DNA of 39,495 nucleotides from Steroidobacteraceae bacterium (GTDB lineage: Bacteria; Pseudomonadota; Gammaproteobacteria; Steroidobacterales; Steroidobacteraceae): contig DASTTJ010000109.1 in assembly GCA_035760205.1 (NCBI GenBank), forward strand, positions 1 through 39,495. Reading direction: 5' to 3'. Shown in pieces: positions 26,745 to 36,562 of this stretch; positions within the stretch are counted from its first letter, which is position 1, and each line of letters opens with the position of its first letter. The notes below the pieces were generated by a model. The model was given only the letters and a program-made list of their open reading frames with translations. It did not search any database and was not told where the DNA came from. A program made the translations under genes and the position numbers.

Positions 26745-29126
26745 TCAGGGCGTGAGCGTAAGCCGGTGCGCCGCGGTGCCCGGCAGAAATGGTGTCGGCT
26801 TTCCTTCGGCCCAATCCTGGAAGCCGCTGCGATAAAACGGCGACAGCGGAAGCCCGGAAGGCCCACCAGGTAGCTGGAGGTATCCGTCCCGTTCCCGCCC
26901 GGGCGAAACCGCGAAGCGTTCCGACGCGCCGAATTCCCCGATCTGCACGCGAGGCATGTGTTGGTCGCCGGCGAGCGCCCGCGTGGGCATGTCCAGCAGC
27001 TTGGGGAGGAAGGGCAACGCGCCCGACAGCGGATGGCGGACCGAGACCGGCTCCCGCTTCCCGTATTCGCAGGAGGCGAGACTGCCGCAACCCTCGATCA
27101 GCTCAGCGATCGCGGCGTCGAGGCGCTGCAATAGAAAGGCGCGCCATTCCCCACCGCCCGGCGGCGGTACTGCCGAGGGTCGCACGTTGACCAACCGCCA
27201 GCCGGCGGCCTCGAATTGCCCTGGCCGGCGCACGGTGGGTTTGTCACCTAACAACCCGGTGGCGAGGCTGTGCCACATGGCATCCAGTGCGTTACCGCGA
27301 AACGTGCGCACCAGGCGGTAGCCGACGGCCTCGGCAGAGGCCTGCGCCGCGCCGTCGCTGACCAGCCCGCGAAACTCGCGCCGCAGCGGGGCATCATGCA
27401 TCGCCTCTTCGTCGATGAGCGACAGCAGCAGGTCGCGCCAGCGCGCCAGGAACAACGCGCGTGAATCGAGCTGAATGGCCAGCATGTCGGCCTCGGTCGC
27501 CTGATGCGGCAGGCTCAATAGTCCGTCGCGGATCTGGCGCGCACGCGCGCCGATGTCGTAACCACCGGCACCGACGTCGACTTCGTCATCGCCGAGCAGC
27601 GTTTCAAGCGGACCTGTGACGACCCGTTGATTCGCGGTCCACAGGCGGCCCACGGGCGGATCGGCGATGCGCGGATGATCGACGCCATCGAGGTACTCGA
27701 GCGGACCGAACAACCGGCCGGGACCTTTGCCCGCGGGCACCCGGCCTAACAATGTCCAGGCGATGCGGCCGCGCGAATCGCCGATGACCATGTTCTGGCC
27801 GGGAATTCCGACGCCCGGCGCCAGCGCCAGCACGTCATCGATACTCCGGGCGCCCTCGAGGCTGAGCAGGCCGAAGTTGGTGGCCTCGGGACGGGTCGCG
27901 AGCCAGGCCGCCTGCAGGCACTCACCACTGGCCTCATCGCCGGCAAAATCCTCACCGTCGAGCACCACACCTTCGCCCACGTCGCGGAAGGTGACTTCGT
28001 GCGTCTGCCCGCCCTTCACCGTGATGCGCTCGCGGCGCACGCGATACTCCGCGCTGGTGCACTTGCCCCAACGCGCATCCGCGAAGTCGCCATAACTGTT
28101 GGTGAAACCCCAGGCCACCTGGCCGTTGGAGCCGGCCGCCACCGCGGGCGTGCCTGGCAGCGTGACACCGGTTATATCCACGGCAGGTTCGCCGGTCACG
28201 CGCAGCCGCGCCGGATACCAGACTGCCGGCACGCCGAGATCCAGATGCATGTCGTTGGCGATCAGTGCCACGCCGGACCGGGTGTGCACACCGGCTACCG
28301 CCCAGTTGTTGCTGCCGGGTGCCACTGGTTCATCGCCGCCGCCGTCGGCCGCGCCGGTAAAGCGCAGTTGCGCGGGAAACGACCGCGTGAGCACACGGGC
28401 CGCATCCGTACACGCCGCCTGCACGCAGCGCGAATCGGCGGAATAGTTAGGCGTGTCCCAGTCCGAGTGCCCGGCGTAGACGAATGCGATGAGATCGTGC
28501 GCGGCCTCTGCGTCGCTGCGCGCGGCCGACGCGCGCTCCAGGCGCCGACGCGAAAGCTCGTCGCGCAAGGTGCCGTATTGCAACTGCCACCACATGGAGT
28601 GCACCACCAGCACCGAATCTTCCGGTAACCACTCCCTCGGCTCCTCGCGCAGCAGCAGGTATTCCCAGGGACGCGCCCGAAGCTGCGCCAGGCCCGCGTT
28701 CACTCCGCTCGAGTAGGCGTCGACGACGGCGCGCTCGGGCGCAGGCGTAGCATCGATGACCCGGCGCGCGACCGCGCGGAAGCCGAATCGACGCGTGCGC
28801 TGGTCCTGCTTGAGCGCTACGGCGCCGAACAACTCCGACAACTCGCCCGCCGCGAGTCGGCGCGACAGGTCCATCTGGAAGAACCGGTCCTGCGCGTGCG
28901 CATAACCCAGAGCGAATGAGAGATCCGTGCGCGTGGCGGCGCTGAGCACCGGGATGCCGCGCGCGTCGCGTTCGATGGTGACTTCGCCACCGAGAGCCGG
29001 CGCACTCACCGTCCCGTCGATCTGTGGAAGGCTCTGGCGCATGGCCCACCAGGCGGTTCCAGCGGCAACAGCGACGCAGACCACGATGAAACTCAAGGTC
29101 CATCGCAGCCAGCGCAGCCATTTCAT
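26745..29126 (-). CDS. penicillin acylase family (S45 Ntn-hydrolase; AHL-acylase-like) protein
   Basis: 793 aa. N-terminal anchor/signal. Beta-chain nucleophile context APGSNNWAVAG, then IANDMHL. Confidence 0.9.
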   Translation of the reverse strand: MKWLRWLRWTLSFIVVCVAVAAGTAWWAMRQSLPQIDGTVSAPALGGEVTIERDARGIPVLSAATRTDLSFALGYAHAQDRFFQMDLSRRLAAGELSELFGAVALKQDQRTRRFGFRAVARRVIDATPAPERAVVDAYSSGVNAGLAQLRARPWEYLLLREEPREWLPEDSVLVVHSMWWQLQYGTLRDELSRRRLERASAARSDAEAAHDLIAFVYAGHSDWDTPNYSADSRCVQAACTDAARVLTRSFPAQLRFTGAADGGGDEPVAPGSNNWAVAGVHTRSGVALIANDMHLDLGVPAVWYPARLRVTGEPAVDITGVTLPGTPAVAAGSNGQVAWGFTNSYGDFADARWGKCTSAEYRVRRERITVKGGQTHEVTFRDVGEGVVLDGEDFAGDEASGECLQAAWLATRPEATNFGLLSLEGARSIDDVLALAPGVGIPGQNMVIGDSRGRIAWTLLGRVPAGKGPGRLFGPLEYLDGVDHPRIADPPVGRLWTANQRVVTGPLETLLGDDEVDVGAGGYDIGARARQIRDGLLSLPHQATEADMLAIQLDSRALFLARWRDLLLSLIDEEAMHDAPLRREFRGLVSDGAAQASAEAVGYRLVRTFRGNALDAMWHSLATGLLGDKPTVRRPGQFEAAGWRLVNVRPSAVPPPGGGEWRAFLLQRLDAAIAELIEGCGSLASCEYGKREPVSVRHPLSGALPFLPKLLDMPTRALAGDQHMPRVQIGEFGASERFAVSPGRERDGYLQLPGGPSGLPLSPFYRSGFQDWAEGKPTPFLPGTAAHRLTLTP

Positions 29127-29134
29127 GAGACTGG

Positions 29135-30583
29135 TCAGTCCTTCGGAACGCGAAGGATGGTCAGAGCGTTGGTGCCGCCGGTGATGCCGGTGAGCTCGCC
29201 CTTGGTGACGATGATGAGTTCACCTTTTTCCACCAGTTCGAGTTGCAGCATCATCGTGAGAATGGCCTTGAACAGCTCGTTGGTGCGCACTTCCGGAATG
29301 TCGAAGGGCACGGGAAACACGCCGCGATACAGCGTGACGCGGCGGCGCGTGGACTCATGGCGAGTGAACGCATAGATAGGGATGTCCGAGCGGGCGCGCG
29401 ACATCCACAGCGGCGTGGTGCCGGACTCGGTCAACGCTACGATGGCGCGAACCTTCATGTGATTGGAGGTGTACATCACCGCCATCGCGATCGCTTCTTC
29501 CGTGCGATCGACGATTCCCTCGGCACGGTGCCGCATGCGGTTGTGCGTGATCTCGTATTTCTCGGCGCCGGCAATGACTTCTTCCATGGCCTGGATGGCC
29601 TTGACCGGGTGTTTGCCGACGGCGCTCTCCGCCGAGAGCATCACCGCGTCGGTGCCGTCCATCACGGCATTGGCGACGTCCGAGACTTCGGCGCGAGTAG
29701 GCACCGGGCTCGTGATCATGGATTCCATCATCTGCGTGGCCGTGATCACGACTTTATTGCGCGTGCGCGATTCGTGAATGATGGTCTTCTGCAGACCGGT
29801 GATCGCCGCGTAGCCCATTTCGACGCCAAGGTCGCCACGCGCGACCATGACCACATCCGACGCGTCGATGATCTCGGTGAGGTTGCGGATAGCCTCGTGA
29901 CGCTCGACCTTGGCGCACAGGTGCGCGTGACCGCCGGCGGCACGCACCAGATCACGCGCGAGGTTCATGTCCGCGGCGTCGCGCGGGAATGAAACGGCGA
30001 CGTAGTCGACACCCTTGCTGCACGCGAACTTGATGTCCTCGCGATCCTTGTCGGTGAGCGCCGGCGCGGAGATGCCACCGCCCTTGAGATTCACGCCCTT
30101 GCGGTTAGACAGTTCGCCGCCCGCGATGACTTTCGTGTCGATGCGCGTGCCTGAAACCTGGGTGACCTCGAGCTCGATGAGTCCATCGTTCAGCAACAGG
30201 ATGTTGCCGGCCCTCACGTCCTTCGGTAGATCCTTGTACGCGCAGCCGACGACTTGCTCATTGCCCGCGTTGGTATCGTGCGCGGTGTCGAGCGCGAATG
30301 CCTGGCCGTCCTTGAGGTCGATCTTCTTGTTAGCAAAGCTCTCGATGCGGATCTTGGGACCGCCCAGGTCCGCCAGGATGCCGACATACCGGCCGGCGCG
30401 ACGAGCCGCCTCGTGCACGAGATCGATGCGGCGGCCGTGCTCTTCGTGTTTGCCGTGTGAAAAATTCACCCGCGCGACATCGAGTCCGGCGCGGACCATT
30501 TCGGTCAGCACTTCGATCGAATCCGTAGACGGGCCTAAGGTCGCGACAATCTTGGTGCGCGAATGCATCTGGCGTTCTGGCAT
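29135..30583 (-). CDS. pyk: pyruvate kinase
   Basis: SRTKIVATLGPS, full-length PK pattern. The start is ambiguous (ATGs at 30568, 30583, 30601, 30622; none has a clear SD). Confidence 0.93.
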   Translation of the reverse strand: MPERQMHSRTKIVATLGPSTDSIEVLTEMVRAGLDVARVNFSHGKHEEHGRRIDLVHEAARRAGRYVGILADLGGPKIRIESFANKKIDLKDGQAFALDTAHDTNAGNEQVVGCAYKDLPKDVRAGNILLLNDGLIELEVTQVSGTRIDTKVIAGGELSNRKGVNLKGGGISAPALTDKDREDIKFACSKGVDYVAVSFPRDAADMNLARDLVRAAGGHAHLCAKVERHEAIRNLTEIIDASDVVMVARGDLGVEMGYAAITGLQKTIIHESRTRNKVVITATQMMESMITSPVPTRAEVSDVANAVMDGTDAVMLSAESAVGKHPVKAIQAMEEVIAGAEKYEITHNRMRHRAEGIVDRTEEAIAMAVMYTSNHMKVRAIVALTESGTTPLWMSRARSDIPIYAFTRHESTRRRVTLYRGVFPVPFDIPEVRTNELFKAILTMMLQLELVEKGELIIVTKGELTGITGGTNALTILRVPKD

Positions 30584-30659
30584 GGGCGCGCATTCTGCCA
30601 TGTGTTTTGCGGGCTGGCGCATAATCGAAAGACGTAATTACAAATCGAGGGGCTATTCA

Positions 30660-31082
30660 ATGATCAAGCGTTCCTGGTTGATCCTGGCTGCGGGGCTCGT
30701 TTTGGGTGCGACCCTGCAATTCACGCTTGCCGCTAGCGCAGAACCTGCGGGCAAAGTGTTCGAAATCCGCACGTATCACACGTTTCCGGGCCGCCTCGAC
30801 GCCCTGCACAAGCGCTTTCGCGAACACACCCTCAAAATGTTCGAGAAACACGGCATGACGAATGTCGGGTACTGGGTTCCGCAGGACAGCCCGGCCCGGG
30901 AAACCACCCTGATCTACGTGATCTCGCACGCGAGCCGGGAGGCTGCCAAGGCCAACTGGGCGGCGTTTGTCGCGGATCCGGAATGGAAGAAGATCGCGGC
31001 GGACTCGCAGGTGGATGGCAAGATCATCGAACGCATCGAGTCCGTGTTCATGGACGCTACGGACTATTCGCCGTTGCGGTAG
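30660..31082 (+). CDS. NIPSNAP-family protein with signal peptide
   Basis: 140 aa from ATG 30660 (GAGGGG SD). MIKRSWLILAAGLVLGATLQFTLAASA, then VFEIRTYHTFPGRLDALHKRF... Confidence 0.7.
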   Translation: MIKRSWLILAAGLVLGATLQFTLAASAEPAGKVFEIRTYHTFPGRLDALHKRFREHTLKMFEKHGMTNVGYWVPQDSPARETTLIYVISHASREAAKANWAAFVADPEWKKIAADSQVDGKIIERIESVFMDATDYSPLR

Positions 31083-31085
31083 CAA

Positions 31086-31105
31086 GAATGGGGAGCGTCC
31101 CCTAA
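31086..31105. repeat. degenerate REP-like copy (GAATGGGGAGCGTCCCCTAA)
   Basis: GGGGA-GCG-TCCCC core preceded by TAGCAAG. Fills the 23-nt gap between the convergent NIPSNAP and pgk stops. Confidence 0.5.
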
Positions 31106-32287
31106 CTAATTACCGTTGGCGCGAGACTCGAGCATGGCCACCGCCGGCAGCGTCTTGCCCTCGACGAACTCGAGGAACGCGCCGCCGCCCGTGCTGATGT
31201 ACGAGATACCCTCTTCTACACCGTACTTCTCGATGGCCGCGAGGGTGTCGCCGCCCCCGGCCAGCGAAAACGCCGGACTTTTGGCAATCGACTGCGCGAT
31301 GGTCTTGGTGCCTTCACCGAACTGATCGAACTCGAACACACCCACCGGGCCGTTCCAGACGATGGTGCCGGCGGTCTGCAGGATCGCTCCGAGACGATCG
31401 GCGGTGTCAGGACCAATGTCGAGAATCAGCTCATCGGGCCGTACGTCGTGAATGGTGCGCACGTCGGCGTGCGCGGTCGCCGCGAATTCCTTCGCCACCA
31501 CCACATCCGTTGGCAACGGAATCTCCGCGCCACGCGCGCGCGCCTGATCCAGCAGCTTGCGCGCCATGTCGAGCATGTCCGCTTCGTGCAGCGACTTGCC
31601 CACGTTGATGCCGGTGGCCGCGAGGAACGTGTTGGCGATGCCGCCGCCCACGATCAGCTTGTCCACCTTGGCCAACAGGGATGCGAGCACCGTGAGCTTG
31701 GTCGACACTTTCGAGCCAGCAACGATAGCCACGAGTGGACGCGCCGGCTTCGCCAGCGCCCGCTCGAGCGCCTCGAGCTCACCGACCAGCAACGGACCGG
31801 CGCAGGCCACCTTGGCGAACTTGCCGACGCCGTGCGTCGACGCCTCGGCGCGATGCGAGGTGCCGAAGGCATCCATCACGTAGACGTCGCACAGCGACGC
31901 CATCTGCTTCGCGAGATCATCCTTGTCCTTCTTCTCGCCCTTGTTGAAGCGCACGTTTTCGAGCAGCACCGCCGTACCCGCTGGGCAATCGACGCCCGCG
32001 AGCCAGTCTTTCTTGAGGGGCACTGGCATGCCTAACAACTCAGACAGGCGCGCGGCGACGGGAGCGAGCGAGAATTCGTCCGCGTAAACGCCCTCTTCCG
32101 GCCGGCCGAGGTGCGAGCAGATGAACACCTTCGCGCCTTTCTCGAGCGCCAGCTTGATGGTCGGGAGCGACGCGCGGATGCGCGCATCGCTCGTGACCCG
32201 GCCACCTTCGATAGGAACGTTCAGATCTTCGCGAATGAGGACCCGCTTGCCAGCAAGGTCCTGGTCCGCCATGCGCAACACTTTCAT
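31106..32287 (-). CDS. pgk: phosphoglycerate kinase
   Basis: 393 aa. [17 protein letters not shown], full-length PGK pattern. Confidence 0.97.
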   Translation of the reverse strand: MKVLRMADQDLAGKRVLIREDLNVPIEGGRVTSDARIRASLPTIKLALEKGAKVFICSHLGRPEEGVYADEFSLAPVAARLSELLGMPVPLKKDWLAGVDCPAGTAVLLENVRFNKGEKKDKDDLAKQMASLCDVYVMDAFGTSHRAEASTHGVGKFAKVACAGPLLVGELEALERALAKPARPLVAIVAGSKVSTKLTVLASLLAKVDKLIVGGGIANTFLAATGINVGKSLHEADMLDMARKLLDQARARGAEIPLPTDVVVAKEFAATAHADVRTIHDVRPDELILDIGPDTADRLGAILQTAGTIVWNGPVGVFEFDQFGEGTKTIAQSIAKSPAFSLAGGGDTLAAIEKYGVEEGISYISTGGGAFLEFVEGKTLPAVAMLESRANGN

Positions 32288-32297
32288 CGCGTCAGCC

Positions 32298-33311
32298 TCA
32301 GGAGGCTTTGGACCAGGCGATGGTGGTGTCCAGCATGCGGTTCGAGAAGCCCCACTCGTTGTCGTACCAGGAGCAGACCTTGACCAACGTGCCTTCGCTC
32401 ACGCGCGTCAGCGTGGCGTCGTAGGTGGACGAAGCCGGATCGTGGTTGTAGTCGACCGAGACGAGCTGTTTTTCGGTGTACGCGAGTACGCCCTTCATCG
32501 CGCCGTCGGCTGCTTCCTTCACGACCTTGTTGATCTCTTCAACAGTGGTCGCGCGCTTGGCGACAAACGAGAGGTCGACCAGCGAAACGTTGATGGTCGG
32601 GATGCGGATCGCGAAGCCATCGAGCTTGCCTTTGAGTTCCGGCAATACCAGGCCGACCGCGGCGGCCGCTCCTGTTTTGGCCGGGATCATCGACATCGTG
32701 GCGGAGCGCGCACGGCGAATGTCCTCGTGATAGACGTCGGTCAGACGCTGGTCGTTGGTGTAGGCGTGGATGGTCGTCATCAAACCACTGACGATGCCGA
32801 TCTTGTCGTTCAGAACCTTCGCGAGCGGCGCGAGGCAGTTGGTGGTGCACGACGCGTTGGAGATGACCGTGTGCGTGCTCTTGAGCACGTTGTGGTTCAC
32901 GCCGTAGACAACCGTCGCGTCCACGTCCTTGCCACCCGGGGCCGAAATGATGACCTTCCTCGCGCCGCCGGCCAGGTGCTTGCCCGCATCCGCCTTGGTG
33001 GTGAAGAAGCCGGTGGACTCGAATACGTATTCGGCTCCGACCGAGGCCCAGTCGATCTTGGCGGGGTCGCGCTGCGCGAACACTTTGATCTTGTCACCGT
33101 TGACGACGATGGAGTCGCCTTCCACGCCCACCGTGCCGGGGAATTTTCCGTGCGCGGTGTCGTACTGCGTGAGGTGCGCATTGGTCTGCGCATCGCCAAG
33201 GTCATTGACCGCGACGATCTGGATTTCGTTGGTGCGCTTCGCTTCATAGAGCGCGCGCAGAATGTTGCGGCCGATGCGTCCGTAACCGTTGATACCTACT
33301 TTGATTGCCAT
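32298..33311 (-). CDS. gap: glyceraldehyde-3-phosphate dehydrogenase
   Basis: [15 protein letters not shown] from ATG 33311 (the track's 33320 is a TTG). Catalytic [10 protein letters not shown]. Confidence 0.97.
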   Translation of the reverse strand: MAIKVGINGYGRIGRNILRALYEAKRTNEIQIVAVNDLGDAQTNAHLTQYDTAHGKFPGTVGVEGDSIVVNGDKIKVFAQRDPAKIDWASVGAEYVFESTGFFTTKADAGKHLAGGARKVIISAPGGKDVDATVVYGVNHNVLKSTHTVISNASCTTNCLAPLAKVLNDKIGIVSGLMTTIHAYTNDQRLTDVYHEDIRRARSATMSMIPAKTGAAAAVGLVLPELKGKLDGFAIRIPTINVSLVDLSFVAKRATTVEEINKVVKEAADGAMKGVLAYTEKQLVSVDYNHDPASSTYDATLTRVSEGTLVKVCSWYDNEWGFSNRMLDTTIAWSKAS

Positions 33312-33345
33312 CTGTCCCAATCCCCTTGCGTTGAAATCGAAAAAA

Positions 33346-35346
33346 TCAGGAAAGCATCTGTTCCAACTGCGCCTTGAGATCGGCAGCAGTCAGACCAAAG
33401 TGCTTGAAAAGATCCGGGCCTTTGCCCGAGGCACCGAAGCTCTCGATGCCCATCACGCGGCCCTGTGAGCCGACATAGCGCCACCAAGACTGCGGCGAGC
33501 CCGCCTCGACGGCGAGACGGCGGGTGCACGAGGCCGGCAGAACGCTTTCGCGATACGGTGCCGGTTGCGCGTCGAAGGCTTCGCAGCACGGCATGGACAC
33601 CAGGCGCACGCGTTTGCCCGCGGCCTGCAGTTCCTTGACGGCTTCGGCCGCGAACCCGACTTCCGAGCCGGTGGCGATCACGATGGCGTCGGGCGGCCCA
33701 TTGCTGTCGATCAGCACATAGCCGCCCTTGCGCAGGGCAACCAACTGCTCTGGCGTGCGCGGCTGCTGGGTGAGGCCCTGGCGCGTGAAGATGAGCGCCG
33801 TCGGACCATTCTTGCGCTCGAGCGCGGACGTCCAGGCGACAGCCGACTCCACCGCATCGCAGGGGCGCCACAGGTGCAGGTTGGGCATCGCGCGCAGGGA
33901 GGCGAGGTGCTCGACCGGCTGGTGCGTCGGACCGTCTTCGCCGAGACCGATGGAATCGTGCGTGTAAACCAGTGTGGTCGGGCAATGCATGATCGCCGCG
34001 ACTCGCACTGCATTACGCGCATAGTCGGAGAACACCAGGAACGTGCCGCCATAAGGGCGGAAGCCGCCGTGCACGGTGAGGCCGTTCATGATGGCCGTCA
34101 TGCCGAATTCGCGCACGCCGTAGTAAACGTAGTTGCCCTTGAAGTTTTCGGTGGTCAGATCCACCGAATCCTTGCGCTTGGTGTTCACCGAGCCGGTGAG
34201 GTCGGCCGAGCCGCCCAGCATCTCCGGCATCTTGGGCCCGAGCACGTTGAGCACGAGCTGCGAGGAGGCACGCGTGGCCTGCGAACCCGTGACAGCCGAG
34301 GCCGCGGCAATGGCCGATTGCACGATCTCCGCCCAATCCGTGGGCAGGTCGCCCTTCATGCGGCGCTCGAACTCCGCGCCTTCCGTCGGGAATTCACGCT
34401 TGTAGCGGCGCCAAACGCGCAGCCATTTTTTCTCGGCGGTGGTGCCCGCCTCGCGATGGTCCCAGGCGGCGCGGATGTCGTCCGGAATTTCGAACGGCGG
34501 CGATTCCCAGCCGAGCGTCTGGCGCGCATTCGCGACTTCATCCGGGCCCAGCGCTTCGCCATGCGCCGACTTGGTGCCCTGCTTGTTAGGAGCCCCCCAA
34601 CCAATCACTGTCTTGCAGCAGATGATGGACGGCTGATCCTTGCGGTTCTTCGCCTTCTTGATGGCGGCAGCGACTGCATCGGCATCGTGGCCGTCGACGT
34701 TCTTCACGACATGCCAGCCATAGGCCTCGAAGCGCTTCGGCGTGTCTTCGGTGAACCAGCCCGCCACCTTGCCGTCGATCGAGATGCCGTTGTCGTCGTA
34801 AAACACGATGAGCTTGCCAAGCTTCAGGTGCCCGGCGAGCGACGCCGCTTCATGCGAAACGCCTTCCATGAGGCAGCCATCGCCGACGAAGCAATAAGTG
34901 TGGTGATCAACGATGGCGGCGCCGTCGCGGTTGTATTGCTCAGCCAATAGTTTTTCAGCGAGCGCCATGCCCACGGCGTTGGCGAAACCCTGACCCAGCG
35001 GGCCGGTCGTTGTTTCGATGCCGATCTCGAGATCGCGCTCCGGATGTCCCGCGGTCACTGCACCGAGCTGACGGAATTTCTTCAGCTGATCGATCGGCAG
35101 CGGATAGCCGGTGAGATGCAGCAGGGAGTACAGCAGCATCGAGCCGTGACCGTTCGACAGCACGAAGCGATCGCGATTCCACCATTTCGGGTTGGCCGGG
35201 TTGTGCTTGAGCACATCGCGCCAAAGCACCTCGGCAATATCGGCCATGCCCATGGGCGCGCCGGGATGTCCGGAATTCGCGGCCTGAACGGCATCCATGG
35301 AGAGCGCACGAATGGCATTGGCCAGGGCGCGGCGGGTGGGGATCAT
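33346..35346 (-). CDS. tkt: transketolase
   Basis: [42 protein letters not shown] from ATG 35346 (alternative 35361). The track start at 35433 is an ATG inside a REP palindrome. Confidence 0.97.
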   Translation of the reverse strand: MIPTRRALANAIRALSMDAVQAANSGHPGAPMGMADIAEVLWRDVLKHNPANPKWWNRDRFVLSNGHGSMLLYSLLHLTGYPLPIDQLKKFRQLGAVTAGHPERDLEIGIETTTGPLGQGFANAVGMALAEKLLAEQYNRDGAAIVDHHTYCFVGDGCLMEGVSHEAASLAGHLKLGKLIVFYDDNGISIDGKVAGWFTEDTPKRFEAYGWHVVKNVDGHDADAVAAAIKKAKNRKDQPSIICCKTVIGWGAPNKQGTKSAHGEALGPDEVANARQTLGWESPPFEIPDDIRAAWDHREAGTTAEKKWLRVWRRYKREFPTEGAEFERRMKGDLPTDWAEIVQSAIAAASAVTGSQATRASSQLVLNVLGPKMPEMLGGSADLTGSVNTKRKDSVDLTTENFKGNYVYYGVREFGMTAIMNGLTVHGGFRPYGGTFLVFSDYARNAVRVAAIMHCPTTLVYTHDSIGLGEDGPTHQPVEHLASLRAMPNLHLWRPCDAVESAVAWTSALERKNGPTALIFTRQGLTQQPRTPEQLVALRKGGYVLIDSNGPPDAIVIATGSEVGFAAEAVKELQAAGKRVRLVSMPCCEAFDAQPAPYRESVLPASCTRRLAVEAGSPQSWWRYVGSQGRVMGIESFGASGKGPDLFKHFGLTAADLKAQLEQMLS

Positions 35347-35414
35347 GGCTGGGGTATCCATAAAGGGCGCGCATTGTCCGACAGGCGGGCTGGCGGGGGC
35401 AACCGAAACCGGAG

Positions 35415-35451
35415 AAATGGGGACAGTCCCCATTTCCTAGCAAATGGGGCC
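35415..35451. repeat. REP-like palindrome copy with conserved tail (AAATGGGGACAGTCCCCATTT-CCTAGCAAATGGGGCC)
   Basis: 9-bp stem, 3-nt loop. The tail is near-identical to the 16302-16338 copy. Confidence 0.7.
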
Positions 35452-35524
35452 AGACCTCGGGACAAAATGTCCTGGGGACATCGCGTCATGGCGAGTGAAC
35501 TGGTCGATTCTGGCCCGGGAAGGA

Positions 35525-35545
35525 AAACGGGGAGTGTCCCCACTT
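35525..35545. repeat. REP-like palindrome copy (AAACGGGGAGTGTCCCCACTT)
   Basis: Same core in the GTG-loop orientation, 49 nt downstream of the methyltransferase stop. Confidence 0.6.
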
Positions 35546-35593
35546 CTTTTCCGCGTTTCTGCCCGTCCGCCGGCCGTCCCGGTTACTTCCTGC

Positions 35594-36316
35594 CTAAGCG
35601 CGCTCCGCAAGCACTATCCACTTGTCGGAAAGCAAAGGCGCCGACACGCGAATCACCTTGCGGATCGCGAACCCGGCATCGGAAAACTCTTTCCCGAGTT
35701 CCCTGCGCGATACTCGCGACAACGGCGGACGGCCGATTCCCAGCCTTCCGAACGTGTGGGTGAGCGCGTAGCGAAACGAATAGCAGTGGCGGTAGTCGAT
35801 GATGACCCAGCGCCGGGACACGCGATGGAACTCACGCAGCATGCGCACGCGCGTTTCCGGGTCGACGTGCATCATGAAGCGGATGCTCACGACGCAGTCG
35901 AGTGAATCGTTGCGCAGCGGCAGGTGTTCGGCGTTGGCCTGCACATAACCGCGGATCGCCTGCGGCTGCCCACCCGCCTTGTTTTCCTTTTCGAGGGACG
36001 CGGCCTTGTGAAGCATCTCGTGAGAGATGTCGCTGCCGACGATTTCGAACCCTTCGCGCGCGAGCGCACCGGTGAACCTTCCGGTGCCGCAGGGCAGATC
36101 GAGAATGGTTCGGACGCCGGTTGCCTCGCGCAGCGCCCGGGTGATGGCGGCCCACTTGCGGCGATTCCGCTTCTGGCGCTCGGGTGAACTGAAGCGGTGG
36201 AAGTCGTAGTCCTCGGCCACCGATGAGCTGCGATAAAACTCGCGCTTGTAGTTGTAGCCGCCATCTTGCGGCCGACTTGGATCACTCTTGCCAGGTCGTT
36301 TCATAAGTGCCGACAC
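35594..36316 (-). CDS. class I SAM-dependent methyltransferase
   Basis: 240 aa. Motif I ILDLPCGTGRF, followed by GSDIS and RFMMHV. Confidence 0.8.
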   Translation of the reverse strand: MSALMKRPGKSDPSRPQDGGYNYKREFYRSSSVAEDYDFHRFSSPERQKRNRRKWAAITRALREATGVRTILDLPCGTGRFTGALAREGFEIVGSDISHEMLHKAASLEKENKAGGQPQAIRGYVQANAEHLPLRNDSLDCVVSIRFMMHVDPETRVRMLREFHRVSRRWVIIDYRHCYSFRYALTHTFGRLGIGRPPLSRVSRRELGKEFSDAGFAIRKVIRVSAPLLSDKWIVLAERA

Positions 36317-36512
36317 TTTAGCGCGGGACCGGGTGGGGAATCTCGGGAGAGCAATTGTGTCAGTCCCTTATGCACCGCAAGCCGACTGCGATTTACCATT
36401 GTTTTGATAGCGGTTACAGCTTCGGAAAGTCGCTATATGCCGACTCCGCTTCACATTATCCGGGGGTGGTTTGCGACCTGGTTCACCACGTTACAGTGCC
36501 GTGAAGCGTGAC

Positions 36513-36526
36513 GTGACGTGCATCAC
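36513..36526. promoter_or_regulatory. CRP/Vfr/Clp-like palindrome GTGA-CGTGCA-TCAC upstream of cpdA
   Basis: Perfect GTGA-N6-TCAC read directly, centred 43 nt before the cpdA ATG. Embedded in a GTGAAGCGTGACGTGACGTG repeat tract in a lower-GC divergent promoter region. Confidence 0.4.
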
Positions 36527-36562
36527 CGGCCCCTTCCCGGCATGTTTGTAGAGTTCGTTCGA

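Noticed and set aside
35347-35433. N-terminal extension of transketolase ([13 protein letters not shown]...)
   Set aside because: The ATG at 35433-35431 lies inside the REP palindrome (AAATGGGGAC). The conserved Tkt N-terminus ([16 protein letters not shown]) begins right after the ATG at 35346. The same applies to the REP-seeded small ORFs at 9742 and 9758.
35415-35545. REP copies as a small CRISPR array
   Set aside because: The repeats are palindromic 21-mers with irregular spacing, scattered over the whole window in both orientations, and no cas genes are present.
36513-36526. matS-like (GTGAC-N-GTCAC) or parS-like site
   Set aside because: The spacing and right half-site (ATCAC, 14 bp total) do not fit the 13-bp matS consensus. 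The CRP-type GTGA-N6-TCAC reading fits better.
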